Below, in pieces: positions 51,501 to 64,000 of a stretch of 64,000 nucleotides of DNA. A program made the translations under genes and the position numbers. Source of the stretch: Camelus dromedarius (Eukaryota); contig NC_087438.1 in the NCBI RefSeq assembly GCF_036321535.1, forward strand, positions 14,386,001-14,450,000, in the 5' to 3' direction. Every line of letters starts with the position of its first letter. The first letter of the stretch is position 1. The notes beneath the pieces are model-generated. The model was not told the origin of the DNA. It saw only the letters and a list, made by a program, of their open reading frames with translations, and made no database searches.

Positions 51501-54227
51501 AGTCAATAATGTTTGCTTCATTTTGATACTTTTCAGTACCATTAAAAAAACCTGTGTGTTGGTCACTTAATTTTTGGTCACTAATTTTTTTGGAGTTATT
51601 CTTTATCATTAAAATAGTTATTTTTCTTTTCAGTAACAATATCTCATTTCCTATCAATAATACACAAAACTTATTTACCAACAGTTACAATTACAGCATT
51701 TTCATATTTAATTCAGTAAAAAAATTTGCCCTTATTTATTTTCTCTCCAACCATTTTTACTTTGGGCAATATTTATTTTTCTCTCTTAGTTTTATATATT
51801 TTCATGTGGCTGTGTTTCTGGACAAGTGGCCCAGTTGGTATAAATTTTGTTTTTTTCTCACATAGTGTCCAAGATTCTGTTTTGAGAAAAATATTGTAAA
51901 TTAATAATATGATTATAGTGTTACTTCCATTATTTATTTTCTGTAGAATCTAGCACATTAATGTATATTATTTGCAGTACTTATCCCCAAATAAGGACAC
52001 AGTTTGGTTAGTTTCCAGATGCTGCAGTTATTAGCATTTTTTTTTTCTTTAGTATATCAGTCATACCTCTAGTATCTTTTAGGAATATGGGATAGAACTG
52101 GTGAGTTTTTCTAAATTTATTAGGCACTAAATTTCTTTATGATCCAGGTGGTATGATGTTCCATTCATTAGAAATAATACTTTCTATTCGCTTCTCTTCT
52201 AATAACCATATGTGTATCATAGAAAGTTCTTTGTGGATCAGTGTGGGACATTGACAGATCAACTAGTCTAGGAATCAGGGCATCTGAAATGAGGATCTGC
52301 ACCATCCACTAAGGTGATGAAAAAGAGAAATAGAATTGATGACTCTGTACCTACCAAATACTGGTAATTTAAACTATATTCTCAAAATCAAATGCTCCCT
52401 ATTCTTTTAACACCCAACTCCAAAATGATTTGATATCTCTACTTCAGTGACTAGAGATGCTGGAGTTCCTAATATAGTAATTTATGATTGTCTAAACCAT
52501 CTAATTGAGTACAAACAAAAATAAGCTCTAGTTTTCCTTTGGTGGCTCATGACTATTATACTAAGTCCAGTAATTCACTTTGTTATTACTAGATCTCCCT
52601 TGGTATGCTCATATGTTGTATTTATGCCTTCACTGTATATATGTATGGACTATTATTATTGTTCCGTTTGTGAGATCATGTGTTAACCATGTTCTACTTG
52701 TTCCTGATCATTCCAAGTATTCTGGGAATTGTTTATCTTATTTTCAATTATACACATTGACCTGGAATCTAGCAAAGCAAAGGTTTTCCAAATTCATCTT
52801 GTTTCTCTTATTAAATAGAGGAGAAAAATAATTAGTCTTAGCAGCTGAGAGCTTTGTTGAGAAGTTATCTTGATATTACAAATGAGATAAAGATGTACCC
52901 AGAAAAGGAAAAAGGAAGTGGAAAAAGTATGTTAAAACACTGTCAGTCATGTAAAATGATTGATCAATGCACTAAGCAAGAGATCCACAGCACAGAACCC
53001 AACAAAGGACCCGGCTTTGTGGTCAAGGTGGGTTCTCGACATTGGTAGGCATGTAGTGAGATGTATTCATCCATGGCTACTGCAGTCACTTGCTGAAAGC
53101 TCTTTCATGTACAAAATCTCACCTATACACAAAACTTACAATCAAAAGTTTATAACAAATGATGAACTTCACAACTGAATAATGAAAAAAAATCAAAATT
53201 GAACTTTAGGGGTATTAGTCTCCCCTAGTGGTAACTGAATGATTGAAATTCATTAGGGGCAAAAAAGTAGGTTCACGTCACCTTAGAAATCACTTGATAA
53301 TCCCATCAAATTACAAATTTTGAAATAAGGCCTAGAGACATTATATAATCTGCAAAGATTAAAATGCTGTATGATAGCAGAAAAAGTTGCTTTGATTTCC
53401 AGATAATGCTTATTGAGAATAAATAAAAATATTCTAGTTTATTTATTTCAAATTAAATCAATAAACATTTTTCAATATCATAATTTATTTATGACTGTTA
53501 TAAAATTAAAATTATCGTCACATCAGTAATTTTTTAAGCCACATCAATAGATTTCTGTTTTTAAAAATGAAGGGGTGCTAGAATGTAAAGGGTAAAATAA
53601 TAATGTTATATTTGTAACAATAAATATTTAAGCCTTTCTAAAAGTTTATTTTACCAAACAAAAACACAAGAAGTTTGCTGTCCTTAAGACTAAACAGCAA
53701 AACAAACAAAGCAGGTCTAAAATGATTAAATTACAATATATGGAAGTGTCTTCATCTCTCAATTTTTTTTTTTCTTTTTAATAAAGAAGGCACTTTTGGT
53801 GCCCTTTGCACACAGACCAGGACTAGGAGAAGAAGGCAATTTGAGGATTAAATTTGATGACTTTTCTTACTGTCATAAATGATCTATATAGTTCATTACT
53901 TTATGATCTTCAATCCTCAGGCAATGGGTTCTTGAATAAAGTTTAAGTTAAACCTACATATTTGAAATAAACATAACTATGTTACGAAAGTATCTATGGT
54001 ACATTAAAAAAAAGGCAACAAAATCAGTGTCTAATTAACTTTAAATTACAGTTATTTGGTTTAGTCAAAATGTCATTAAAATTATTTTTTGTTAGAATAA
54101 AATGAGCACACAAAATTATTTTGTTGGTGCCTATGCTTTGAGTAATTTCAACAATTCTGGACCCATTGCTGTTTTTACCATCAAGAGTCTATTTTTTCCC
54201 TTTATAACATATGCCAAATAGAATGTA

Positions 54228-54451
54228 CAGTTGACTCATGAACAATGTAGGGTTTAGGGGCACTGACCCTCCAAACAGTGGAAAATCTGCTTATAACTCT
54301 ATATTCCGGCCCTCTGAATGCATGGTTTTGCATCCACAGATTCAACTAACTGTGGATCATGTAGTACTGTAACACTGTAGTTATTATGGAAAAAAATCTG
54401 CATATACATGGGCCCGTGGAGTTCAAACCTGTGGTGTTCAAGTGTCTACTG
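54228..54451. mobile_element. TcMar-Tigger MITE (MER8/Tigger2-related)
   Basis: Imperfect terminal inverted repeats CAGTTGACTCATGAACAA.../...TGTTCAAGTGTCTACTG, flanked by TA on both sides. Confidence 0.85.
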
Positions 54452-54926
54452 TAACTTGCTTTTAATCTGATTATATAAGCTATATTGAGACAAATACAAA
54501 ATCTACATGATATATTTTATAGAAACATAAAGAATATTTTTAAGAGAAAAAGAGCAAAATTAGAGCCTATATTTTGAAATGTTTTACTTTATTTATGAAA
54601 TAGTTGAAAAGGAGTCTTCAGCTACATAGTTAAAGGATTTACTCTGAGGAAAATAGACTTTAGGGAATATCAGATTTTTATATTTATAATTTTGACTTTG
54701 ATAAAGAGTGCTGTATTTTCATTTAAGAAGGGCTTATTTTTACAGGTAATCAAATAAACAACCTAATTATTCAACAGAAATAAATATATATTTTGTAAAT
54801 GACAAGCACAAATAAAACAAATCAAAATCAGAGTAATCAACTTGACTTTAAAAATCCTGAAGCTAATCAACATCTCTATCGTCTCTAAGAAACTTAGCAC
54901 ATTTACCCTGAATCATCCTTACTAGT

Positions 54927-55302
54927 GGCTGTGTACTGAACTGTGTTCACCGAAAATTCATGTGGAGAAGCCCTGACCCCCAAAGTGATACTATTTGAAG
55001 ACAGGGTCATAGGGAGGTGGTTAGGGTGAGATTAGGTCATGAAGGGAGAGCCTTCATAGTGAGATTAGTGCCTTACAGGAAGGGACACAAGAGCATGCTG
55101 TCTCTATTTCTTCCTGCTTTGGGAGGAATCAGAAAGGAGGCAACCATTTAAAAACCAGGAAGACAGTCTCTACCAGAAACCAACCACACTAACACCTTGA
55201 ACTTGGATTTCTAGCCTCCAGAACTGTAAGAAAATAAGTTTCTGTTGTTTAAGCCAATAAATCCATGGTGTTTTGTTATGAGAACCCAAACTGACAAAGA
55301 CA
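54927..55302 (+). mobile_element. MaLR solo LTR (MLT1A-like)
   Basis: Contains aaaattcatgtgg, gattagtgcctta, and tagcctccagaactgtaagaaaataagtttctgttgtttaagcca...aagaca. Perfect 5-bp TSD ctagt at 54922-54926 and 55303-55307. Confidence 0.9.
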
Positions 55303-55934
55303 CTAGTCCTTCATATCATTATTACATAATATTTTAGTTCTGTCTAGTTTCCTTAACTGTGTGTACGTATTTGTATTCTGTTAGACTGTGTGTCTGTGTG
55401 TGTGTATATATATATATATATTTATATATAATAATATAAATTTACTATATATTAGTGAAATATATTTTTATGTATACAAATTTTACCTTCCATCCTCATT
55501 CACAAATTTGCTAAATGGATCATCCTTTATCTTGCATTAATTTTGTTCTATTTTAAGCTTTCAATATTTTTTTAGTAAGTATATCACAGCAAAATTCTGT
55601 CTTTGTTTGAAATTTTATTTATTTCTCTTTAAATGTAGGTTAGCTAGATGAATATGCTATGTTGACAGATACTGCCCATTCACACTGTAAATAATCTATT
55701 ATCTTGTTTTCTCTTTTTTCTGGTGAGAAATTTATCATTCATCATACATAATACCTTTATTTTCTGATTGCTTTTAAGAATTTACTTTTTGTTTGGTTTT
55801 TGGTATAGTTTTACAAAATATATTTAGGAATATTTGTTTTCATTTTTTTTTTTCTTTTCAAGCTTGATTTTTCTTACATAATCTTGGTATCATCAAATTT
55901 TTAATTTCTTTTTGTTTCTAATCTGAAAATGACT

Positions 55935-56405
55935 AGTGGTAGATAGATTAGAAAAGTTAATATATTTCTCACTCCCTTTTGAATCCTTAAACTCACAGTG
56001 AAATTTTGCAGTGTTTATCAGAATGTAGAGTCAATTTCTCTACCTCTTAAATCTCTTGTAGAGTCTCTGGTTCAGGGAATGTGGTGGAAGTGATGTCATT
56101 CCAGGTATGACCTAGGCTTCAAAAGTCTTTTAACACTTCAGTGTCTGTCTAACTGTCCATCTCTGTCTGTCTCTATCTCTCTCTCTCTGTGTCTCAAATG
56201 CATCCATCATGAGAATAAGCCTGTCATCCTACAAGGGAATAAGAGAAAATATCTAGAAGAAATGAGTCTTAGCTGAGGCAATTCTATACCAGCCAGCCCC
56301 CAGCTAACCCATCGGCTGACCACATATGCATGAATGAGCCTAGCTTAAATGAGGTGATGCAGGCTCAGGCAAGGAGGACCATCCAAGCACTCATTGATAT
56401 CCATG
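55935..56405 (+). mobile_element. MaLR LTR fragment (MLT1E/F-like)
   Basis: gaatgtggtggaagtgatg...ctaggcttcaaaag and ccagccagcccccagctaaccca...gctgaccaca...gcatgaatgagcc. Confidence 0.6.
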
Positions 56406-57049
56406 CTAAATCCTCATCCATTTTCTCTTTGAATATTTTTTCTGTCACATTCTCTCTAATATCTTCTCCAGCACTCCTATTCATTCCAGTCTATACCTAT
56501 TCACCTGATTCTCCATTTATCTTAACAATTTTTTTCCACACTATCCATCATTTTGTCTCTAAATGATAAATTCTGAGTAATTTCCTTAGTGTTCTTAATT
56601 AAGAGTTCCCATGTCAGCTATGTTTAATTACAAATTTTCTTTAAATTATTCTTTGAATTCAAGATTATTAAAGAACAAAAAAAAAAAAAAAGAAGAAGAA
56701 AAAAATAAACAAAAAAGTAAGAGAAAATAGTGAACCCAAGATAGGCAAAATCTAAGCCATAGGGTAAAATCAAAGAATTTAGGATGCAAGATCATGACTG
56801 AATCATCAAATTCTTGAGTGAAATCATGTTCTCTACATATAAATCTCTAGTTACAGTATAAACTCAATATAAAATGGACTTTGAGTTAAACTAGCAACCA
56901 GAATAGAAATCAACTCTGTCTTCCAACATCTATATTTTATAATATTTATTAAATTTTGACATTATTTTCTCTATACCTCTAATAAATTGAAAACCATTTT
57001 GAAATTTCCAAAAACATTAATTTTTGAATATTTATTTTCTTAAATTGGA

Positions 57050-60000
57050 ATCCAGGAAAAATGGAGAAATAGGGATTAAATTTTCTTACCACCTTGAAAT
57101 AACTTGTGAAACAATACTTTTAAAATACCAGACATCACCAATGAACAACAGCAATCCCTAAAATACTGGAAATAAACAAGGCAAGCACAAAAAATTGTCT
57201 GGAAAGAATTTCCAAGGAATTGTTCTAGGAGAGGAAATACAGGAGAAGCCCAGCAGACCTCCTGAATAAAAAAAGACAGAATTAAAGAATCAGAGAGAAC
57301 AACATGGCTAGAGATTATGAACCAGAGTCCTGGCAAGGTGGCTAGAGATTATGAACCAGAGTCCTGGCAAGGAGAGAGCTACACAAAAAACAGAATCCCA
57401 GAAATCCGCAGCAGACACTCCTGGGGAAATTAGCCGAGCATTAAAGTGCACATGCAGGTAAGGAAACTATCAGTGCACAGGGGCAGAAGCAGCAGTTAGA
57501 ATTAGAAGTGAAGGTTAACAGTATTCACACAGGACCATGCATAGTGCCTCTCCTTTCCAGCCACAGTGGATATCTTCATGATTCAAGGGCCCTGAGACCT
57601 GAACTTAGAAGATGTTGTCTCAGGAGTGTAGAAAAATAACTAGACTAAATGCTGTTACTGGCCCATAAAAAATCTTGAAAGTAAGACAGAAATAAGCAGT
57701 TTCCATGTAATTTAACTGCATTACAGAAAAAGCTCAAGAACTTTTATAGGAAAACAAATATATCAAACACCCCAAAAAGTAAAATTTCTAACCCCTGGAA
57801 TTTAATCAAAGATTAAACCAGGAATGTCATAGTCAGGAAAATATAACATACATAAACTGACTCATAACTCTTACAAGTATTATAATTATCAGAAAAGATG
57901 TTAAAATAAATGTAATAAAGTATAATCAAAGTTCCATATGTTAGAAAAATAAAGTAGAATCATGGAAATTAGAAAAAGACCCACATTGCCTGTCCAGAGA
58001 TGAGAACTTCAACATGGGAGGTTAAAATATATTGGATGGAATTATGGGCAGAACAGATCTTACAGAAGAAAAGATTTGTAAACTTTAGAATACAGGAATA
58101 AAAACTATCCTAAATGAAACACAGAAAGAAAATAATTTTCTTTTATAAAAAGAGGCATTGTAAAACTAAACAGTATTACATGCAATGGTTGTTCCTAAAG
58201 AATAAGAGACGGAGCAGAGATTTAAAAATTTGAAAAAAAAGAAAAGGTAGAAATGTTTCAAATTTGGTGAACATCAGGAAACCACAGACGAAGACTATTA
58301 ATGTACATCAAGTATGAGAAACATGAAGACAAGTACAACTTGGGAGAGTTTCCAGTCTGCATTGCAGTTCAGGGAGGAGATATACAGGATAAGCCTGGTA
58401 GACCTATATGATCAAACTGCAGGATACATATGACAAAGAGAACATATTAGAAACAGTTAAATAATGTAGACACATTAGGTACAGAGGGACAAAGATAAGC
58501 ATGACAACAGATTTCTTGTCAGAAACTTTTTCAATTATAAGACAGAAGAACAATTTCTTTAAATTAATGAAGGTTAAAAAAAAACTCAACTCAGATTTCT
58601 ATACCCTGCAAGTTTTTTTTTTTTTTCAAAGTTAAGGCAAAAGAAAGATTTTCTTCAAATATACAATTATACTGATAAGGAGAAAGAGAGACAAGTCATA
58701 CTTGACCAAAACCATGAATAAGAGAGTTGCCATCATTACTTTTTTTAAAGGATAATTAAGTTATATTACAAATAATTTTATGCCAGTGAATTTGACAACC
58801 TGGATTAAATGGACAAATTGCATGAAAGATACAAACTACCAAAGCTCACTCAAGAAAACAAAATTGGAAAATTAATAGCCTAACATCTATTAAAGGTATT
58901 CAATTAGTATTTTAAAGTGCTAAAAGGAAGTCTAGACCCAGATAGTTTCTCTAGTAAATTCTTCCAAGTATTTGAAAATGAAGTCAAAGAAATTTCACAT
59001 AAACTCTTCCATGATATTGAAAAAGAAAGACTGAAATCCCTTTCATTCTGTGAGTCCAGAATTATCTTGAAACAAAAAAACAGACACAGACATTACATCA
59101 TTGGTACAAAAGATCCAAAAAAATTAGCAAATCAAACAAACAAAAGAATAATACATTGTGGCCAATGGAGTTTATTCTGGGAATTTAAGTTTGACATGGA
59201 AAATCAATTGAAATGACACACTTTATATAACATAAAAATCTATCTCAATTAATTTTTTACAAGGCTTTGGCAAAATCTAATGCTCATTAATCTCCAATGG
59301 TAAATCTCTGGAAATTAGAAATAGAAGGAACCTTCATCAAACTGACAAAGGACATCTACAAAATATGAACAACCAACATCATGTTTAATGCTGAAAGGCA
59401 CGTGTTTTCCTTTTCCCCAAGAAAAGGAAATACACAAGGATATCTATTCTCATCGATTAATTCACTATTGTACAGGAGGTTCTTGAAAGTGAAATGAAGG
59501 AATAATAAAGAATAAAGGGCAAGCAAAATGGAAAGAAAGAAGTATAAGGTATTCTTCACAGATGAAATGATCATCTATGTAGGAAATCTGATTGAAACTA
59601 TAAAAAGTTAATATACTTAGTTTGGTAAGATTGCAGGTTATAAAATCAAATCAAAGAAAATCAATCTGTAAACTATCAACAAAGAATCAGAAAATTAATT
59701 TCAAACTTATTGTCATTTATGACAAAACAAAAATATGAAGCATTTAAGGTAAATCTGACAAAATATATGAAATATCTGCACAACAAAAAATTGTAAAACA
59801 AAGATGAGGAAAATTCAACTAGATTTAAATAAAATAAGAGAAATATTCTGTTCGAGTCAGAAAATGCAGTACTTTCAAAATGTCTATCCTCCACAAATTC
59901 ATCCATAGATGCAACATAATTCCAAATGAAATACCAGTAAACTTTTTCATTGAAACTGACAAACTAAGATTTAAATTCACATGGAAATGAAAGAAACCTA

Positions 60001-61330
60001 GAGTAACCAAGTCAATCATAAAGAAGAACAAAGTAAGAAACTAATTGTCTGATTTTAAGACATTATAAATCTACAGGAAATAAGATAATGTAGTATTGGC
60101 ATAAAAACAATCAAATAAATCAATGGCACATCATAGAGATCCTAGAAACAAGCTCAATCATAAATGGGCAACTGATTTTTGAAAAAGGGGCCAAGACAAT
60201 TACTAGAAAAAGGCTAGTCCTTGCAACAAATGATGCTAGAAAAATAAATTGCACCATATACCAAATTCAACTCAAACTGAATCATAGACCTAAACAGAAG
60301 AACTACACTAAGTCTTCCAGAATAAAACATAAAGTAAAATGTGACTTTGGATAACACAAAGATGTGTAAGATATCTACCTTTGTCTACCTATTTACCTAC
60401 TTATCTATCGGCATGAAATATAAGAGAATAAAAAGACAAGTAATAAAATGAATTATTTGCAAAGCATTTTTCTCACAAATAATTTGCATTAGGAATATAT
60501 ATACAAATCTCAGACTCTGTGATAAGGGAACAGGCTAATTGAGAAAACATTTAAACAGACACTTCACCAAGAAGATATATGGAAGTAAATAAGCAGCTAA
60601 AAATATGCTCAACAACATTAGTCATTAGGGAAATTCAAAATAAAACCACATGAGATACTTCTTCACCCATATTAAAATTGCTAAAACGAAAAAGATAGAT
60701 CATATCAAGGGTAGACAGGAATGTGGAGAAACTTGAACTCTCATACACTGCTGGTGGGAATATAAAAGCATACAATCACTTTACAAAAGAGTTTAATGTA
60801 CATTCATCATATGATACAGCCGTTCAACCCCTTGGCATTCACCCAAGAGAAAATAAAGTATAGTTCCACACAAAGACTCTGTATGAGTGTTCATATCCAC
60901 CGCATTTGCCATAGACAAAATCTGGAGACAACTGAAATGTCTCTTAACAGATGAGTGGTTAAAAAAAATAAAAATCCATGGTATATTCATTCGTGGAATA
61001 CTACTTGGAAATGAAAAGGATTCAACTGTTGGCACATGATCCAGTATGGATAAATCAAAACATAATTCTGCTTAATGAAAATAGCTAGAAAAAAATAATA
61101 CATATTATATCATTCTATTTACAACATTTCTAGAACGTAGAATGTAATCTACAATACCAGATACCAGATAAAGAGATGGAAAGGCAGATTGGTCTATAAA
61201 AAAGGGAGTACTAAATGGAAAGAGGAAACTTTTCCAGACAATATCAACTGCCTTGATTGTGCTGATGATTTCACAATATGCATTTATTTGAAATCATATC
61301 AAATTTTACAATGATGCAAACATGTTATTA
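57050..61330 (+). mobile_element. Old, long L1 (L1MC/L1MD-like): 5' region, ORF1 and ORF2 remnants, 3' UTR
   Basis: ORF1-like gatttcttgtcagaaac and tctataccctgcaa. ORF2 tttgacaacctggattaaatggacaaatt, decayed FTDEMIIY (FADD motif) near 59554, agacacttcaccaagaagata, actgctggtgggaat. Confidence 0.85.
57305..57372. repeat. Perfect 34-bp tandem duplication
   Basis: TGGCTAGAGATTATGAACCAGAGTCCTGGCAAGG at 57305-57338 and again at 57339-57372. Confidence 0.97.
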
Positions 61331-62571
61331 GTTAAACAAGTATTAAAGAAAAATACAGAGAATATGGACTTTCTGGAAGGAGAATTTATGATGTGAATTA
61401 GCTTTAATTAAAGTGGCAAAATATATGTACTAGAAGAGCAACATCATTTAAGTATTTTAAATATAAAATTGCATACAAAAAAGGAAAAAATGACAATACC
61501 ATGGTTGCTAATACTAAAGATAAATCAAAATAATAGTATATGCATCCAAGCGTGGATTTGACTTGTTAGATTTTTAAGACAATGCTCTGTGCTTTATTTT
61601 ACCATAAAAGTTAAAGAAAAAGGAGCAGTTAACTAAAAATGTAAAAGTATATAGTTGGCAGTGAGAGGAGTATCTCCTAACATGGCTTTAGACTCAAATT
61701 TGGGGTAAGAATCAATTAAGCCAATATATATGGAAGTTCTTTAATGTTGAAAATAGTGTGCATGGAAGAATTTATTTTCTGTATTACTTTGAAAAATTCT
61801 TCACACATAGGTGTTTAAAAATGGTTATTGACTAGACTTTGATACATTACTAACTCTGTATGTGAATCTGAAAAATTTGATGACTTTCTTCCATTTTAAT
61901 TTGATTGCCTAAAGATTTTCTAAGTAGGTAGCAATCTTTGAATTTATTTTACAGGTTCAGATGCAATTTAAAATGTGATAAGTTCTAAAGCAAAGACTAA
62001 CAATAGTATCTAATCGTTCTTGTTTCCACTTGGATCCATCTTAACATCTGTCCAGCTACGTTAAATCCATGCTGTCTTCCAATCCTAGAGGCTCTACCCA
62101 GTGAAGGCTGAGGAAGTGTAGTTTATTAAAGGTTCAGTAAGCCAATGTTTTATTCTCAAATGTTGACTTCTATTTTGTGCTGCTTATTTGCAAAAGAAAG
62201 ACCTATTGCATTCTACCTTAAGAATAGAAAACTATTCTGTAGAAGTTTAGTGACTGAGAAAAAAACACAAAGTTGATAGAGAGGAATTACAGAATGATTT
62301 ACAAAGTTAAACAGAGAGTAAGACTGGGATTCATTAGGTTTTTATCTTTTTCCCCTTTATGTAAATAAATTACCAATCAAATTAGAACATTTTTGGAATA
62401 TGTTATTTATACTTTTTTGGAAAATTTGAAAAAAAAAAAAAAGGTTGCACTTGCACTCTACCTATGAGCAGTAGACGATGACCAAAAATGTAAATAGAGA
62501 TGTAAACAGAAGTGTAAATATGAGATAGTAATATGTGCCAGGTGTTGCATTACTTACTACTCAAACAAACT

Positions 62572-62612
<41 letters not shown>
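62572..62612. repeat. (TTG)n microsatellite inside a probable antisense MIR
   Basis: Repeat directly visible. Flanks have weak MIR-like motifs (atgtgccaggt..., agtgccagaactgagctttgaccc). Confidence 0.9.
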
Positions 62613-62613
<1 letters not shown>

Positions 62614-64000
62614 TGTAGTACAAAAGACGATAATGTTTAGGCATAATTTTCTTAATCTTAATATCTAACAAGTGCCAGAACTGAGCTTTGACCCCACATC
62701 TCAGATTTCTCTGACACCAGAGTCTATGTATAAGCATTATTCATTGCATTATTTCTGTCTTAGAAGTGGAGTGCCTGACCATAGTGGGCATGTGTGATCT
62801 GTGCTTAAACTACTGGCTGAGAGATTTTAGGGATGAAGCCTTGCTGGTGCCTTGATGGCAAAAATGAAGTCCTACTTCCACAAAAATAATAATTACTAAT
62901 TCCTCAGAGACAAACTTACATGTCTTTAAAAAATATATAAATCATGCTTATTTTGATGCATTGTTTAAATTCTCAATAAATACCTGTTATCTAAATCTGG
63001 TATCTGAATGATTAGTCAGGAAGAAGTTGCAGAATGAAAGTGACAAGTTTAGTTAAGCATATACATAGGATACACTCCAAATGCTAGAACTTTGTCTCAA
63101 TGCAATCCCTAAGTGCAAAGTTATCTAATAAACCTTGTTTCTGTTTGGGCCACTTCTCAGCATTAAAACTATACCAAGGATATTGGTGGACAATCACATT
63201 GTATTCACAATCCTGATTTCATAATTATAAACATTTTGGCATATATGCTTTATCTACATATTTTGATACACTTTTTTTTTTATCACAAATCCTACATGTG
63301 AAAAATTTCTTCTAAATAGTTTAGCATGTAGCTTTGAAAAATAAAGATATTTTCTTACATAATGACAAGTATGGCACCATTATTTTAGTTAATAAAATAA
63401 TCAGTCATTCTGTATTATCTAACATCCTATTTAAATAGAAATAACTCTGTCTCCAAATATATTTTTACATTTTTCTTGTTCTAAGCAGAATTCTGAGTCC
63501 AAAAATAGAATTTCAGTGAAATATTCTTCTAATTTTAGAAAGTAAAATTTAACATTAAACAATTAACTGAATAAATCAGAGTTCTGAAATAAATATATCA
63601 CTACAATAAACTCAGTAATTATGTTTATCACTGTAACCTGGACCAGTGAAACTTTATAATCAGAAAGGCCCCAGTTCAAGGACTGGCTCTTGGGAACCAC
63701 AAATTTATTCATACTCCCAATTATCAAATAATGAGCCTAAGGCCCAGAAAGGGTACATTAATTACAAACGATCACACAGCTAACAAGGGTCAAAAAAGAA
63801 GAGCTACCAATAAAGCTTGGAACTCTGGACTCTCAGTTGATATTACTCAACTGAAAATGAATGATCAGTGATTGGAATATCGAAAATTAAATAGTATTTA
63901 GGTATTTTGCTCAGAATATAAATATTCAAAAAAAAAGACAATTTCAACACGGGACTGAGAAAAGCAAGTAAATATAATTTACTGTAACTTATAAGCAACA

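Overview
AT-rich, CpG-poor placental-mammal intergenic or intronic DNA. I found no host protein-coding exon, and the ORF track consists of chance ORFs and transposon remnants. There are no Alu, B1, Bov-A, PRE-1 or Can-SINE copies, and the young L1 pieces look cetartiodactyl-like, so a camelid is a plausible guess (inference). The main structure is a decayed, near full-length class I (gammaretrovirus-like) provirus at 11748-19059 (+). Its order is LTR, tRNA-Leu PBS, gag (MA, MHR, CCHC), in-frame amber stop, pro, pol, env (CxxC, ISD, CX6CC, TM), PPT, LTR. It is inserted in the middle of an older MER34/MER39-like solo LTR (11414-11747 and 19060-19276). Its pol has lost the reverse-transcriptase catalytic core at a short A-rich junction while keeping the thumb, RNase H and integrase. 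The rest is ordinary ancient repeats (MLT1, MLT2, LTR33/41, L2, MIR, MER58, Tigger MITEs, old L1), microsatellites and a few small rearrangement scars. Repeat family names come from recall of consensus sequences, not from a database search.
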